Source: an uncultured Bacilli bacterium
GTDB taxonomy: Bacteria > Bacillota_I > Bacilli_A > RF39 > UBA660
NCBI GenBank assembly: GCA_934129945.1
Contig: CAKOXC010000002.1
Span: forward strand, 53,747-117,746
Length of the DNA stretch: 64,000 bases
Direction of reading: 5' to 3'
Below the pieces are notes generated by a model that searched no databases, was not told the origin of the DNA, and saw only the letters and a program-made list of their open reading frames with translations. Every line of letters begins with the position of its first letter. Within the stretch, counting starts at the first letter, position 1. Positions 36,750 through 47,458 of the stretch are shown one piece after another. The position numbers and the translations under genes were made by a program.

Positions 36750-37703
36750 ATGATTAAAAAATCAGCTACAAAACGAATTATAATTGCTTCTATTGCTTTG
36801 TTAATACTTCTTATTACTTATATGTTTCCTGCAACTAATGGTTCTAATAATATAAATCAGTCATTATCTTATATCGAGCCAAATAAAACTACAATTTACC
36901 TTGTAGATAACTCTAATATGGTTGCTAGAGTTAAAACTATTACTAAAGAAAATAAAGATACCATAAAAAAAGCTAGAGAGATTATAAATGCTTTAATTAT
37001 TAATAGTCAAGCTTCTAAATACAATCCTTCTGGATTTAAAGCAATCATTCCTGAAGGAACTAAAATACTTTCTATAAGTTTATCTGAAAATATTTTAAAG
37101 ATTAATTTCAATGAAAAATTTCTAAACATTGACAAAAATAATGAAGAAAAAATGCTTGAAGCTCTAATCTACTCTCTTACTGAAATAAGTGATATAAAAG
37201 GGATAATGATTTTTGTAAATAATAATATTTTAGAAGAATTACCTAATTCAAAAACAAAACTTCCAGATGTTTTAGATAGAAAATATGGAATAAATAAAAT
37301 ATATGAAATTGATGATATAAAAAATACAAGTGCTACTACAATTTATTATTTAAGTGAATTTGAAAATACTAAATATTATACTCCTGTTACATTCATTAAT
37401 AATGATAGCGAAGACAAAATTGAAGTAATTATTGAAAAATTAAAATCTTCGCCAATAAATCAAACTAATTTAATGAGTTATCTTGCTTCTAATGCTGAAT
37501 TATTAGATTATGAAATAAACGAAAATACAGTAAGTTTAACTTTTAATAATTATATATTTGAAGAATTTAGTAATAAAGACATTTTAGAAGAAGTAAAATA
37601 TACAATAGGTTTATCAATAAAAGATAATTATGCTGTAGATGAAGTGGTTTTTAATGCAAATAACGAAAAAATAGCAAATTTTACACTAAATAGTCTTGAA
37701 TAA
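36750..37703 (+). CDS. GerM-like lipoprotein (two GerMN-type domains)
   Basis: N-terminal signal/anchor, size and repeat organisation, location next to gerE. Confidence 0.4.
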   Translation: MIKKSATKRIIIASIALLILLITYMFPATNGSNNINQSLSYIEPNKTTIYLVDNSNMVARVKTITKENKDTIKKAREIINALIINSQASKYNPSGFKAIIPEGTKILSISLSENILKINFNEKFLNIDKNNEEKMLEALIYSLTEISDIKGIMIFVNNNILEELPNSKTKLPDVLDRKYGINKIYEIDDIKNTSATTIYYLSEFENTKYYTPVTFINNDSEDKIEVIIEKLKSSPINQTNLMSYLASNAELLDYEINENTVSLTFNNYIFEEFSNKDILEEVKYTIGLSIKDNYAVDEVVFNANNEKIANFTLNSLE

Positions 37704-37744
37704 TTTTAAAATTTATTATATAATCAGTTTGTTACAGCTGATTT

Positions 37745-37821
37745 GTCCTCATAGCTCAGCTGGATAGAGCATACGCCTTCTAAGCGTACGGTCGCAAGTT
37801 CGAATCTTGCTGGGGACACCA
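37745..37821 (+). tRNA. tRNA-Arg (anticodon TCT)
   Basis: Cloverleaf read by hand. Acceptor stem GTCCTCA/TGGGGAC with one G-U pair, anticodon loop CTTCTAA, T-loop GTTCGAATC, encoded CCA. Confidence 0.85.
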
Positions 37822-37832
37822 CTTAAGAAATT

Positions 37833-37858
37833 AACGTCTTATAAAAGGCGTTTTTTTA
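37833..37858 (+). terminator. intrinsic terminator after tRNA-Arg
   Basis: AACGTCTT-ataa-AAGGCGTT + T7. Confidence 0.6.
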
Positions 37859-37887
37859 TTTTCCTTTTTACATACAAAAAAAGAGCC

Positions 37888-38448
37888 TTAAGCTCTTCCT
37901 GAATATTTTCCATCTTTAGTTGATATAATTATTTTTTCACCTTGTGCTATAAATAATGGAACTTTAACAACATATCCTGTTTCTATAGTTGCATCTTTCA
38001 TAGCATTATTTGTTGTATTTCCTTTAACTGCTTCAGTAGTTTCAACAACTTCATATTCAATCTTTTCAGGTAATGTAATACCAATAATTTCACCATTGTA
38101 ATATTCAATTTGAATATCAAGATTTTCTTTCAAATATTTAACTTGATCTTCTAAAGTTTTAGCAGGTATTTCAACTTGTTCATATGTTTCAGTATTCATA
38201 AACACATAATTATCACCAGCACTATATAAGTAAGTCATTCCTACTCTATCAATATGTGCTTTTTCAATTTTTAAATTAGTATTATATGTATCTTCAACAA
38301 TTGAACCAGTACGTAAATTCTTCAATTTAATTCTAACAAATGCAGGACCTTTTCCAGGTTTGACATGTTGGAATTCAAGGATTTGACATAAATTACCATC
38401 CATAATTATTGTCATACCATTTTTAATATCATTAATATTTATATTCAT
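37888..38448 (-). CDS. efp: elongation factor P
   Basis: 186 aa, KPGKGPAFVRIKLKNLRTG motif. Confidence 0.9.
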   Translation of the reverse strand: MNININDIKNGMTIIMDGNLCQILEFQHVKPGKGPAFVRIKLKNLRTGSIVEDTYNTNLKIEKAHIDRVGMTYLYSAGDNYVFMNTETYEQVEIPAKTLEDQVKYLKENLDIQIEYYNGEIIGITLPEKIEYEVVETTEAVKGNTTNNAMKDATIETGYVVKVPLFIAQGEKIIISTKDGKYSGRA

Positions 38449-38457
38449 AAACTCACC

Positions 38458-38640
38458 TTACTTATTTGTAGTCCTTTTTAAATTCTTTTTTAAAACTACT
38501 TTATTTCTATTATTTTGATTTTTTAAAGAAACTTTTCTTTCTATAGTAACAATTGGTTCTTGGCTTTGCATTTTAATTAATTTTTCATAATTAATAGTAC
38601 TAACAAACCCATCATTATACATTGGATAATTTTGTTTCAT
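38458..38640 (-). CDS. hypothetical small basic protein (60 aa)
   Basis: Start overlaps rpmG stop. No domain recognised; may not be real. Confidence 0.25.
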   Translation of the reverse strand: MKQNYPMYNDGFVSTINYEKLIKMQSQEPIVTIERKVSLKNQNNRNKVVLKKNLKRTTNK

Positions 38641-38813
38641 TATTTAGCTAATTTTGTTTCTTTAAAAGTAGTTTGTTTTTTACATTTTGGACAATATTTG
38701 TTAATTTCTAATTTTTCAGTAGTATTTTTTTTATTTTTAATAGTAGGTCTTCTATTAAATCCACATTCTGTACATTTTAATCCTAAGAATGCTCTGTTTT
38801 CATTTTTTGCCAT
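38640..38813 (-). CDS. rpmG: 50S ribosomal protein L33
   Basis: Zn-ribbon CTECG...CPKC, strong SD AAAGGAGG before ATG 38813. Track ORF starts earlier at 38858. Confidence 0.8.
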   Translation of the reverse strand: MAKNENRAFLGLKCTECGFNRRPTIKNKKNTTEKLEINKYCPKCKKQTTFKETKLAK

Positions 38814-38898
38814 ATTTACTTGCCTCCTTTTTTCACACATTAGTATTTTATCAAACATTTATCTATTTTTCAAATAAAATATAGCAATTTTAAAGATT

Positions 38899-40848
38899 TT
38901 AGTAGTTATCATAGATTAATTTAGTTATTTCATTACTTAAATATCTATTTATATAAGCCATATTTCCCTTCTTACCATCATAATGACCTATATTGGGACT
39001 TACAACTACAACTGTATATTTGGGATCATCAAATGGAGCAAACATTGCATATGTTGAAGTAATAGTTTTTACATCATTAACACCATCATTATTTAAATCT
39101 AGGAAAGATTCGCTGGTACCAGTTTTACCAGCTGGTTTATATGAAGTATTTGTATAACCATAACCTGTACCTAAATATAAAACTTGTCTTAATCCTTCTT
39201 TTATTCGATTATAATAAATACTTTGCATATCTATTTTATTTAATATAACCGGCTTATATGAATAAATAACTTCACTTTTTTCATTAGTTACATAATCAAC
39301 TAAATTCAACTTATAACGTATGCCATTATTTGCAATAGTATTCATATATTGCCCTAAAGAAAGAATTGTATAAGTATCATACTGACCTATCGCTAAATTC
39401 AAAAGTAAGTCACCTGCTATTTTACCTCCCCTAAGCCCTGTTGGTTCATTTGGTAAATCTATGCCAGTAGTATTTCCTAATCCATACTGTTTAAAAACAT
39501 CTCTATATAAATTAAAATTATCTTCATTAACATCAAGTTTCATATTATAACTATATTTATTCCCCGTAGATTTTATAGCAAGTAAAAATTGATAATAATT
39601 AGAACTAGTTTTTAATGCTGTAATATCATCAATATACCCTAAGTTTTTATATGAACATTTCTCTGGATTTAAATATAATTTAACACAAGAATCTTTTATT
39701 TTTTTGCCTATATCAATTAAATTATTTTGATACCCTACGGTCATAGAAGCACCTTTTACTACACTACCAGGTGTAAATGAAGAATTTATAACATTAAATG
39801 ATGTATCTTGAAATTCATTATTATTGGTAATTTTTTTACCAGCAATTGCTTTAACTAACCCAGTTTTAGAATCTATAACTAAAACATAACTACCGTCATA
39901 ATACTTTGTATTAGTCATTTTTTTACCTTTTATTATATTATTTTCTATTATTTCATTTATTTCTTCTTGCATATCTATATCTATTGAAAGATGAATATCG
40001 TTACCCTTTGAACTTTCTTCTAATAAAGTAAGGGTTTTATCATTATTTAATTTATAAACTGCTTTTTTACCTTTTAAATATTCATCGTATTGGTATTCTA
40101 AATTTGATAAACCTACAATATCTGTAAGCTCATAACCCTTTTTTAAGTAATATTCTTTATTTTCCTTAGAAATGGGACCAATATTGCCAAAAATATCTCT
40201 TAAAGTATCATAATTATATTTTCTTTCCCAAGTCATTTCACCAGTTATACCTTTTAAATTCATTTCAATTATTTTAGCATATTCATTTTCGTTAATATTT
40301 TTAGCAATTATTTTTTTATCATAAGAATACCCTTTATTCATTAGATTATAAATTTTGGCAGCTTTTTTATCAAGCAATGTAAATTTATTAAGTAATTCTT
40401 CATTAATTCTCTCGTATTTTAATTTATTCAAATCATAACTATCAAGTTTTCTTTCATTATACAACTGATATTCTTTTTTCTTAATTAAATCATTTCCATC
40501 ATTATTTAAAGCTAAATAAAATTTTTTTAATTCATAAATATTTGCATCAGAAATATCAGTAATATTACTTGCTAATTTATAAGCTAATTTTATTTCATCT
40601 TTTACATTGATATTACTTTTATTATAAATAATACAGTTTATACCGACATTATCAACTAAAACTTTATTATTAACATCTAATATTCTTCCACGAGGTGCAT
40701 CCAGTCCTTCAACTTTTATATTAGTTTTGATATCTAGTAATTCTTTATAATAATTATTTTTTAATATGGATAAGTTAAAAATGCGACTTATAGCTAAAGC
40801 AAAGATAACTGTTAAAGAAAATATAATCTTTTTCAATTTAATCACCAT
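38899..40848 (-). CDS. class B penicillin-binding protein (PBP2/FtsI/SpoVD-type transpeptidase)
   Basis: 649 aa, N-terminal TM. SxxK (TPGSVVK) and KTGT motifs. Confidence 0.8.
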   Translation of the reverse strand: MVIKLKKIIFSLTVIFALAISRIFNLSILKNNYYKELLDIKTNIKVEGLDAPRGRILDVNNKVLVDNVGINCIIYNKSNINVKDEIKLAYKLASNITDISDANIYELKKFYLALNNDGNDLIKKKEYQLYNERKLDSYDLNKLKYERINEELLNKFTLLDKKAAKIYNLMNKGYSYDKKIIAKNINENEYAKIIEMNLKGITGEMTWERKYNYDTLRDIFGNIGPISKENKEYYLKKGYELTDIVGLSNLEYQYDEYLKGKKAVYKLNNDKTLTLLEESSKGNDIHLSIDIDMQEEINEIIENNIIKGKKMTNTKYYDGSYVLVIDSKTGLVKAIAGKKITNNNEFQDTSFNVINSSFTPGSVVKGASMTVGYQNNLIDIGKKIKDSCVKLYLNPEKCSYKNLGYIDDITALKTSSNYYQFLLAIKSTGNKYSYNMKLDVNEDNFNLYRDVFKQYGLGNTTGIDLPNEPTGLRGGKIAGDLLLNLAIGQYDTYTILSLGQYMNTIANNGIRYKLNLVDYVTNEKSEVIYSYKPVILNKIDMQSIYYNRIKEGLRQVLYLGTGYGYTNTSYKPAGKTGTSESFLDLNNDGVNDVKTITSTYAMFAPFDDPKYTVVVVSPNIGHYDGKKGNMAYINRYLSNEITKLIYDNY

Positions 40849-40898
40849 TATTAGTATTTTATTTTAATTTAAAAACATACAATATTATAGGTGATTTT

Positions 40899-41159
40899 AT
40901 GTATAATATTATTGAAAGATACATTAAAAATTTAAGCAAAGAACAAGTTAATAACTTTGCCTTAAAAAATAATGTAAATTTGAGTGGTTTAGAATTAGAT
41001 TTTTTATATGTTTTTATAAAGAAAAATTATAAAGAAGTTTTAGCAAACCCTAGTCTTTTAAATCTTGATAGATATAAAACAAAGTTCTCCGAAGAAAACT
41101 TTGTCAAAATCAAAAAACTATTTAATGAATATTTATCTAAATATGGTTCTTATTTATAA
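40899..41159 (+). CDS. hypothetical protein (86 aa)
   Basis: No motif recognised. Confidence 0.35.
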   Translation: MYNIIERYIKNLSKEQVNNFALKNNVNLSGLELDFLYVFIKKNYKEVLANPSLLNLDRYKTKFSEENFVKIKKLFNEYLSKYGSYL

Positions 41160-42064
41160 TAATTTTTAATATCTTCATATAAATTTTCATTAAATTTACT
41201 ATTTTTAAACATTTCTATTTCAAATTTATATGGTGGATATATTCTTGTTGAATCATCTTTTGATTCTCCAGTATATGGTGTTTCTAATATTTTAGGAACA
41301 TCTTTTAATTTGTCATGATGAACAATATAATTTAAAGTTTCAAAGCCAATTGTACCAAAGCCAATGTTTTCATGTCTATCTTTATGAGAAGCAATTTCAT
41401 TTTTACTATCATTAATATGAATACATTTAATTTTATCAAGACCAATTCTTTTTTCAAATTCTTCCAAATACTCATCAAAATTACTCATTGATACTCCAGA
41501 ATCATTTAAGTGGCATGTATCAAGACAAACTCCAATTCTATTTTTAGCAGAAACATTTTTTACCATGTATTCTATTTCAGCAATATTTGACCCACATTCG
41601 CTTCCTTTTCCAGCCATAGTTTCAAGTAAAATCATACATTTACTATCATCAGTTAAGATAAAGTTTAGGGCTTCTATTATATTATCAAGAGCAATTGTTT
41701 TATCCATTTTCAAAGCATTCCCAGGATGTAGCACCATGTATTTAACACCCAATAAATCACATCTTTTTAATTCTTGTTTAATAAAACTAATACTAAAATT
41801 CCATTTTTCTTCTACCTCTTTATTAGCTAGATTTACAATATATGGGGCATGACAAATAACATTATCTATATTTATATTATTTTCTTTCATTAATTTTAAA
41901 GCTTCATTTGTATAATTTTCATTAATTTCTTTTCTTACTGTATTTTGAGGTGCTCCAGTATAAAACATAAATGTATTTGCATTATAGCTAATAGCTTCTT
42001 TAGCACTTGCTAAAAGTTGAGTATTTCCAAATGAAACATGAGAACCTATTATCATATCAACCAC
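41150..42064 (-). CDS. nfo: endonuclease IV (AP endonuclease, Nfo)
   Basis: 304 aa. IGSHVSF N-terminus, TIM-barrel xylose-isomerase-like metal ligands (HAPY, HPG, CLDTCH). Confidence 0.85.
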   Translation of the reverse strand: MVDMIIGSHVSFGNTQLLASAKEAISYNANTFMFYTGAPQNTVRKEINENYTNEALKLMKENNINIDNVICHAPYIVNLANKEVEEKWNFSISFIKQELKRCDLLGVKYMVLHPGNALKMDKTIALDNIIEALNFILTDDSKCMILLETMAGKGSECGSNIAEIEYMVKNVSAKNRIGVCLDTCHLNDSGVSMSNFDEYLEEFEKRIGLDKIKCIHINDSKNEIASHKDRHENIGFGTIGFETLNYIVHHDKLKDVPKILETPYTGESKDDSTRIYPPYKFEIEMFKNSKFNENLYEDIKNYYK

Positions 42065-42155
42065 TTCCTCGACTATTAGATTATATCAAAAATTTTCTTA
42101 ATTGTAAAAAGAATAATTTTATGTTACAATAATGGCGATTTGGAGGTTGACAAAT

Positions 42156-42707
42156 ATGGAATTACCAAAAATTAAAATTTTAGACGAAAAGAATAAAATA
42201 TTGCATCAAAAAAGTGTAGAAGTAAAATTTCCTTTAAGTGCAAAAGAAAAGCAAGATATTAAAGATATGCTTTTATATTTAAAAATGAGTCAAATTGACG
42301 AAGAAAGAGAAAAATATGATTTAAGAGCTGGTATGGGACTTGCCTATGTTCAAATTGGTGTTTTAAAAAGAATATTTGTTATCGTTGATGAATATGAAGA
42401 AGGTAAATTTAAAAATTATGTTGTAATTAACCCAGAAATTAAAAGTATGAGTGAAGAATTAGTTTATGTTGGGGAAGGTGAAGGATGCTTAAGCATTAAT
42501 CGTGATGTTGAAGGCATTGTTCCAAGACATGCTAGAATCACAGTAGATGCTTATGACGAGGATGGAAATCCCTATACTATTCGTGTTAGAGAAGAAATTG
42601 CTATAGCATTCCAACATGAAATGGATCATCTAGATGGCATTTTATTTCCTGATAGAATTGATAAAAAGAATCCTTTTAAAGATGCAGAATTAATGCGTGA
42701 AATATAA
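42156..42707 (+). CDS. def: peptide deformylase
   Basis: Motifs GMGLAYVQIG, EGCLS, HEMDHLDG. Start ATG 42156 after SD GGAGG (track start 42132). Confidence 0.85.
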   Translation: MELPKIKILDEKNKILHQKSVEVKFPLSAKEKQDIKDMLLYLKMSQIDEEREKYDLRAGMGLAYVQIGVLKRIFVIVDEYEEGKFKNYVVINPEIKSMSEELVYVGEGEGCLSINRDVEGIVPRHARITVDAYDEDGNPYTIRVREEIAIAFQHEMDHLDGILFPDRIDKKNPFKDAELMREI

Positions 42708-42735
42708 AAAATATGAGAAAATAATCTCATATTTT

Positions 42736-43248
42736 TTATTTTGCTAAAACTAATCGAAGACCAATGCTGCTGCCAGCACCACCAGTGATATAAATGAAGC
42801 CGAACTGACCTGCAAGCACACCATTGTCGGAAGTGCCGCCTCGACCGAACCAAGGGTAAGAAGAATCGGCAAAGTTAGAATTGTCATCGTACCAATTATT
42901 ATGTATTCTTGTTTTACTATCGGTATCCTGATAGTAATACAAAGGTCCCATTTCTCCTGTTGCATCTCCTAAAATTCTCTTACTATAAGTAGTTTCAGCA
43001 CTTGAACTATTATATTCGTCATAGTATTTTGAATTGTATGCTTTTAATGATGAATTATCAAATTCAGAACTTCCATATGTTTTACTTCGAAGAGATGCCA
43101 TATATTCCCAAGTTCCACCACTCATATCATAAATTCCTGTGATATTTCCTGTTGTACTTGCTTTATATCCTGTGGTTGTATTATATGGTAAAGTTACACT
43201 TGCATCAGATCCAGCTTCTCCAGGGTATTTACTTATTTTTAGAATCAA
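42736..43248 (-). pseudogene. truncated paralog (C-terminal 160 aa) of the FGE-domain surface protein, fused into the 3' end of dtd
   Basis: About 80% nt identity to 22796-23290. Homology begins at PG..G.DASVTLPYN. The ORF's first 8 codons overlap the dtd 3' end in another frame. GC-rich like the parental 3' end. Confidence 0.55.
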
Positions 43249-43672
43249 TAATTATGGTTGTCGGGCCATCATTTACTATTTCTACTTGCATATTTGCACC
43301 AAATATACCATTTTTTACTTCAACATGTTCTTTTAATAATCTAGTAAATTCTTCATAAAGAGGCATTGCCTCCTCACTTTTTAATGCTTTTATATAAGAA
43401 GGCCTGTTTCCTTTTTTGGCATCTGCATAAAGTGTAAATTGACTAATTAAAAGAATACTTCCAAAGACATCTAAAATACTTTTATTCATCACATGGTTTT
43501 CATCATCAAAAACTCTTAAATTTATAACTTTATTAACCATGTATTTAATATCTTCAATATTATCACCATAAGTAAATCCAACTAAAATACATAATCCTTT
43601 ATCTATTTTATTAACCAGTTTATTATCAACTGTTACACTGCTTCTTTTAACTTTTTGAATCACAACTTTCAT
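43229..43672 (-). CDS. dtd: D-aminoacyl-tRNA deacylase
   Basis: 147 aa, SQFTLYAD and NDGPTT motifs. Confidence 0.85.
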   Translation of the reverse strand: MKVVIQKVKRSSVTVDNKLVNKIDKGLCILVGFTYGDNIEDIKYMVNKVINLRVFDDENHVMNKSILDVFGSILLISQFTLYADAKKGNRPSYIKALKSEEAMPLYEEFTRLLKEHVEVKNGIFGANMQVEIVNDGPTTIIIDSKNK

Positions 43673-45816
43673 TATCTAATTACCACTTTCTTAACAAAAG
43701 AAAAATTATATAAATCATTAATAAAATTGTTTAATTCAACATTATTTTTAATTTTTACAGTAAGATCATAAACAATTTTATCAGTATATTCTTTGGCTTT
43801 TATTGATTCAACATAAACATTTTTTATACTAGCTTTTTGAACTATATCAAGTAAATAATTTCCACCGATTGCAACTTCAATAGCTAAATCAGAATAATAA
43901 TAATCTTCGACATTTTCATTCCATTTAACTTCAATCAATCTTTCATGTTTGTCTTTAATATTTTCACAATTTTTCTTATGAACTGTAATACCTTCACCTT
44001 TTGTTATATAGCCAATTATTTTATCACCTTTTACCGGTTTACAACATTTGGCAAGGTTAATTCTAATATCATCGTTACCAGCTACTACTACATTACTCTT
44101 ATAATTAATTTTACTAATTATATTATTACTTACTCTCTCAATTAAAGCATCTGTAACTGTTTTTTTATCATCTTTAGTAAGACTCACTATATAACCTACT
44201 GTATAACGTAGAGTTCCAATAGCAACATATAAATCATCAACACTATCTAATTTTAAATCTTTTAATATTTTTCCGATATTAGCATCATTTAAAACTTCAT
44301 TAAAACTTAATTTTTTCTTACGTAATTCTTTTTCGATAATTTCTTTACCACGATTGATATATTCAATTCTATCTTGTTTGCTAAAAAATGATTTTATTTT
44401 ATTTCTTGCATGAGAAGTTTTAACAAAATCTAGCCACTCTTTACTAGGTGTAGAGTTACTATTTGTTTTTATTGATACTTTTTGACCATCTTGTAATTCA
44501 TAATTAAGTGGTACAATATTATCATCAACTATTGCCCCAACCATTTTATCTCCAACTGCAGAATGAATACGATAAGCAAAATCTACTGGTGTTGCTCCGC
44601 TTGGAAGTTCTACAACATCTCCTCTTGGTGTAAAAACATAAATAACGTCACTTAATATCTCATTATTTACTTCTGTAACAAATTCATTATCATCATCTTT
44701 AGAAGTTTCAATCATATTTCTAAAAATTTCTAATTTTTGTTCCATAATATTTTGAATTTTTTTCGTGCCTTTTTCTTTATAAGACCAGTGTGATGCTATT
44801 CCTTTTTCAGCTATTTCATCCATATCATATGTTCTAAGTTGAACTTCAAAACGATATCCTCCAACACCATATATACCGGTATGAAGTGATTGATACATAT
44901 TTTCTTTTGGTTTAGCTATGTAGTCTTTAAATCTTTTGGGAATTGGATGATATTTTGAATGAATTAAACCTATAGCTGTATAACAATCACTTTCTGTTTC
45001 AAGAATAACTCTTAATGCTAAGATATCATAAATATCATTCCAACGTTTGCCTTTATTTAATTTAGTATAAATACTATAAACACTTTTAACTCTTGATTTT
45101 ATCTTAAATTTTAATCCATGTTCTATTAATAAATCAGATATTTCATCCTCCATTTGATTTAATATTTCTTTTAAATCAGTATTATTTTCTTTTAATTTAT
45201 TTTCTATTTCTTTATAAATATCCGGCTTAGTATAATACAAGCATAAATTTTCTAATTCGCTTTTAAAATAATTTATCCCTAATCTATGAGCTATAGGAAT
45301 TAAAACCATCATTGTTTCATTTGCTTTTTTCCTTTGTTTTTCAGGTTCTAATGCCCAAATAGTTCTCATATTATGTAATCTATCAGCAAGTTTAATAAAT
45401 ATTACTCTTATATCTGATGCTAATCCAACTAATACTTTTCTTAAATAAATAGCAGATGTTTCAGATTCGTTAGGTAATTCTAATTTATTTATTTTAGAAA
45501 TTGTATCAACTATATCTGCAACTGTTTCTCCAAATAATTCTTCTAATTCTTCTTTAGTTTTATCAGCATGATTTATAGTTTCATGTAATAATGCTGCCAT
45601 TATCGTTATATAATCAACATTTAGATCACTTAAAATATATGCCACATTTAAAGGATGTGTTATATAATCTTCATTTGATAATCTTTTTTTACCTTCATGG
45701 GCTTTATTTGCATAATCATATGCTTCTTTTATTTTTATAAGCATATCTTCATCATAATTATCTTTAATTTTTTCATATAAAATATCATAAGTTATGTTCT
45801 CTATCTCTGTTTTCAT
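43672..45816 (-). CDS. relA: bifunctional (p)ppGpp synthetase/hydrolase RelA/SpoT
   Basis: 714 aa. HD domain, RelA_SpoT synthetase, TGS and ACT regions. Confidence 0.9.
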   Translation of the reverse strand: MKTEIENITYDILYEKIKDNYDEDMLIKIKEAYDYANKAHEGKKRLSNEDYITHPLNVAYILSDLNVDYITIMAALLHETINHADKTKEELEELFGETVADIVDTISKINKLELPNESETSAIYLRKVLVGLASDIRVIFIKLADRLHNMRTIWALEPEKQRKKANETMMVLIPIAHRLGINYFKSELENLCLYYTKPDIYKEIENKLKENNTDLKEILNQMEDEISDLLIEHGLKFKIKSRVKSVYSIYTKLNKGKRWNDIYDILALRVILETESDCYTAIGLIHSKYHPIPKRFKDYIAKPKENMYQSLHTGIYGVGGYRFEVQLRTYDMDEIAEKGIASHWSYKEKGTKKIQNIMEQKLEIFRNMIETSKDDDNEFVTEVNNEILSDVIYVFTPRGDVVELPSGATPVDFAYRIHSAVGDKMVGAIVDDNIVPLNYELQDGQKVSIKTNSNSTPSKEWLDFVKTSHARNKIKSFFSKQDRIEYINRGKEIIEKELRKKKLSFNEVLNDANIGKILKDLKLDSVDDLYVAIGTLRYTVGYIVSLTKDDKKTVTDALIERVSNNIISKINYKSNVVVAGNDDIRINLAKCCKPVKGDKIIGYITKGEGITVHKKNCENIKDKHERLIEVKWNENVEDYYYSDLAIEVAIGGNYLLDIVQKASIKNVYVESIKAKEYTDKIVYDLTVKIKNNVELNNFINDLYNFSFVKKVVIR

Positions 45817-45825
45817 TTATTCACC

Positions 45826-46095
45826 TTATTCTTCTTCATTACTTATTCTAGAATCTGTTATTTGACGTGCAACATAATTTCCAATTAAATCGTTATCAGT
45901 ATTTAAAATATCGCTTACCATATCACTTAATGTCAAATTATTAGAATTTTGCCAAATATTATCTTTAATATAATTCCAAATATCTATTTCTTTTATATAA
46001 GAATATTTTGATAGTTTCATTTCTCTTTTTTTAGATTTTAAGGCAGGTAACAACAATTGGTATAAATCTTTCAAACTATTTATTTCACTATTCAT
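45826..46095 (-). CDS. comN: ComN/YrzD-like post-transcriptional regulator
   Basis: LLPALKSK...IWNYI...LSDMVSDIL pattern matches Bacillus ComN. Divergent from spoVB-like gene as in Bacillus. Confidence 0.5.
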   Translation of the reverse strand: MNSEINSLKDLYQLLLPALKSKKREMKLSKYSYIKEIDIWNYIKDNIWQNSNNLTLSDMVSDILNTDNDLIGNYVARQITDSRISNEEE

Positions 46096-46171
46096 GTAAT
46101 CACGTCCTATATTTTTTTAAATTTCATATATTTATTATATATCATTTATTAAAAGTTTTAAAGGAGGTTGT

Positions 46172-47458
46172 ATGAAAAATAATAAGTTTATAGTGTCAAC
46201 TTTAATTCTAATAATTGGTGGAATGTTCACTAAATTATTGGGATTTATTATAAAAATAATTTACACTCGTATAATTGGTGAAGATGCCATCAGTTTATAT
46301 ATGCTTGTAATGCCTACATATTCTTTATTAATTACTATAGCTTCTCTAGCTTTACCTATAGCTATATCAAAACTAGTTGCAGAAGGAAAAAATAGTATTA
46401 AGTTAGCAATTAACACTGGAGTTATTATATTATTTACTAACTTTGTAATAATATTGACAATGTTTTTAACATCTTCCTTTATTGCAACAAATTTACTTAA
46501 TGAGCCTAGATGTAAACCTCTTTTAATTGCATGTTCCCTAACCCTACCATTCATTAGTATATCATCACTAATCAAAGGTTATTTTTTTGGTAAGCAAAAA
46601 GTTTATCCATATGCAATTTCTAATATTTTAGAGCAAGTAGTAAGATTAGTTATTATATCTTTAGTTTTACCAATTTTAATAAAAAAAGGTATTATTTATG
46701 CTGTACTTGGTTTAATTCTTTTATCAATAATTTCTGAAATTTCTTCAATTATTATTTTTATGTTTTTTCTTCCTAAAAAATTTGTTATTCATAAAGAAGA
46801 GCTTATACCCAGCAAATATTATATTAAAGAAATACTTGGTGTTTCTATTCCTACTGTTTCATCAAAAATTATTGGTAACATTGGATTCTTTTTTGAGCCA
46901 ATTATTTTAACTAACGTTTTAATGTTTTGTGGTTATAATTCTACTTATATTATTCGTGAATATGGAGCATATAATGCATATAGTTTAGCGCTTCTTACAA
47001 TGCCAGGATTTTTTATAAACGCTTTATGTCAAGCAATCGTACCTGAAGTTTCTAAATATTTACATAATAAAAAAATGATTAAAAGAAGAGTTATTCAAGC
47101 CTTAACATTTTCATTTGTTATTGGTTTTATTTCTTCAATAATCATCTTTATATTTAGAGATTTATTACTTAGTGTTGTTTATAATACAACTACTGGTGCT
47201 AACTATATTAGTGTTTTAGCACCAGTGTTTGTTCTCTTTTACTTAGAAGCACCACTCATGAGTACTTTGCAGGCAATTGGTAAATCTATGCTAACCATGA
47301 AAATAACAACTTTTGGAGTAATTGTAAAATTATTAAGTCTTTTCTTATTATCCCTTTGTCACATTGGTATTTATAGTTTAGTTTACTCTGAAATAATTAA
47401 TATCATTTTTGTAGTTTTAATAAATGCTTTTTATATAAAAAAATATATATTTAATTAA
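46172..47458 (+). CDS. MOP-superfamily polysaccharide/lipid II flippase (SpoVB/MurJ/Wzx-like)
   Basis: 428 aa, about 12 TMs. Position corresponds to spoVB next to comN. Confidence 0.6.
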   Translation: MKNNKFIVSTLILIIGGMFTKLLGFIIKIIYTRIIGEDAISLYMLVMPTYSLLITIASLALPIAISKLVAEGKNSIKLAINTGVIILFTNFVIILTMFLTSSFIATNLLNEPRCKPLLIACSLTLPFISISSLIKGYFFGKQKVYPYAISNILEQVVRLVIISLVLPILIKKGIIYAVLGLILLSIISEISSIIIFMFFLPKKFVIHKEELIPSKYYIKEILGVSIPTVSSKIIGNIGFFFEPIILTNVLMFCGYNSTYIIREYGAYNAYSLALLTMPGFFINALCQAIVPEVSKYLHNKKMIKRRVIQALTFSFVIGFISSIIIFIFRDLLLSVVYNTTTGANYISVLAPVFVLFYLEAPLMSTLQAIGKSMLTMKITTFGVIVKLLSLFLLSLCHIGIYSLVYSEIINIIFVVLINAFYIKKYIFN

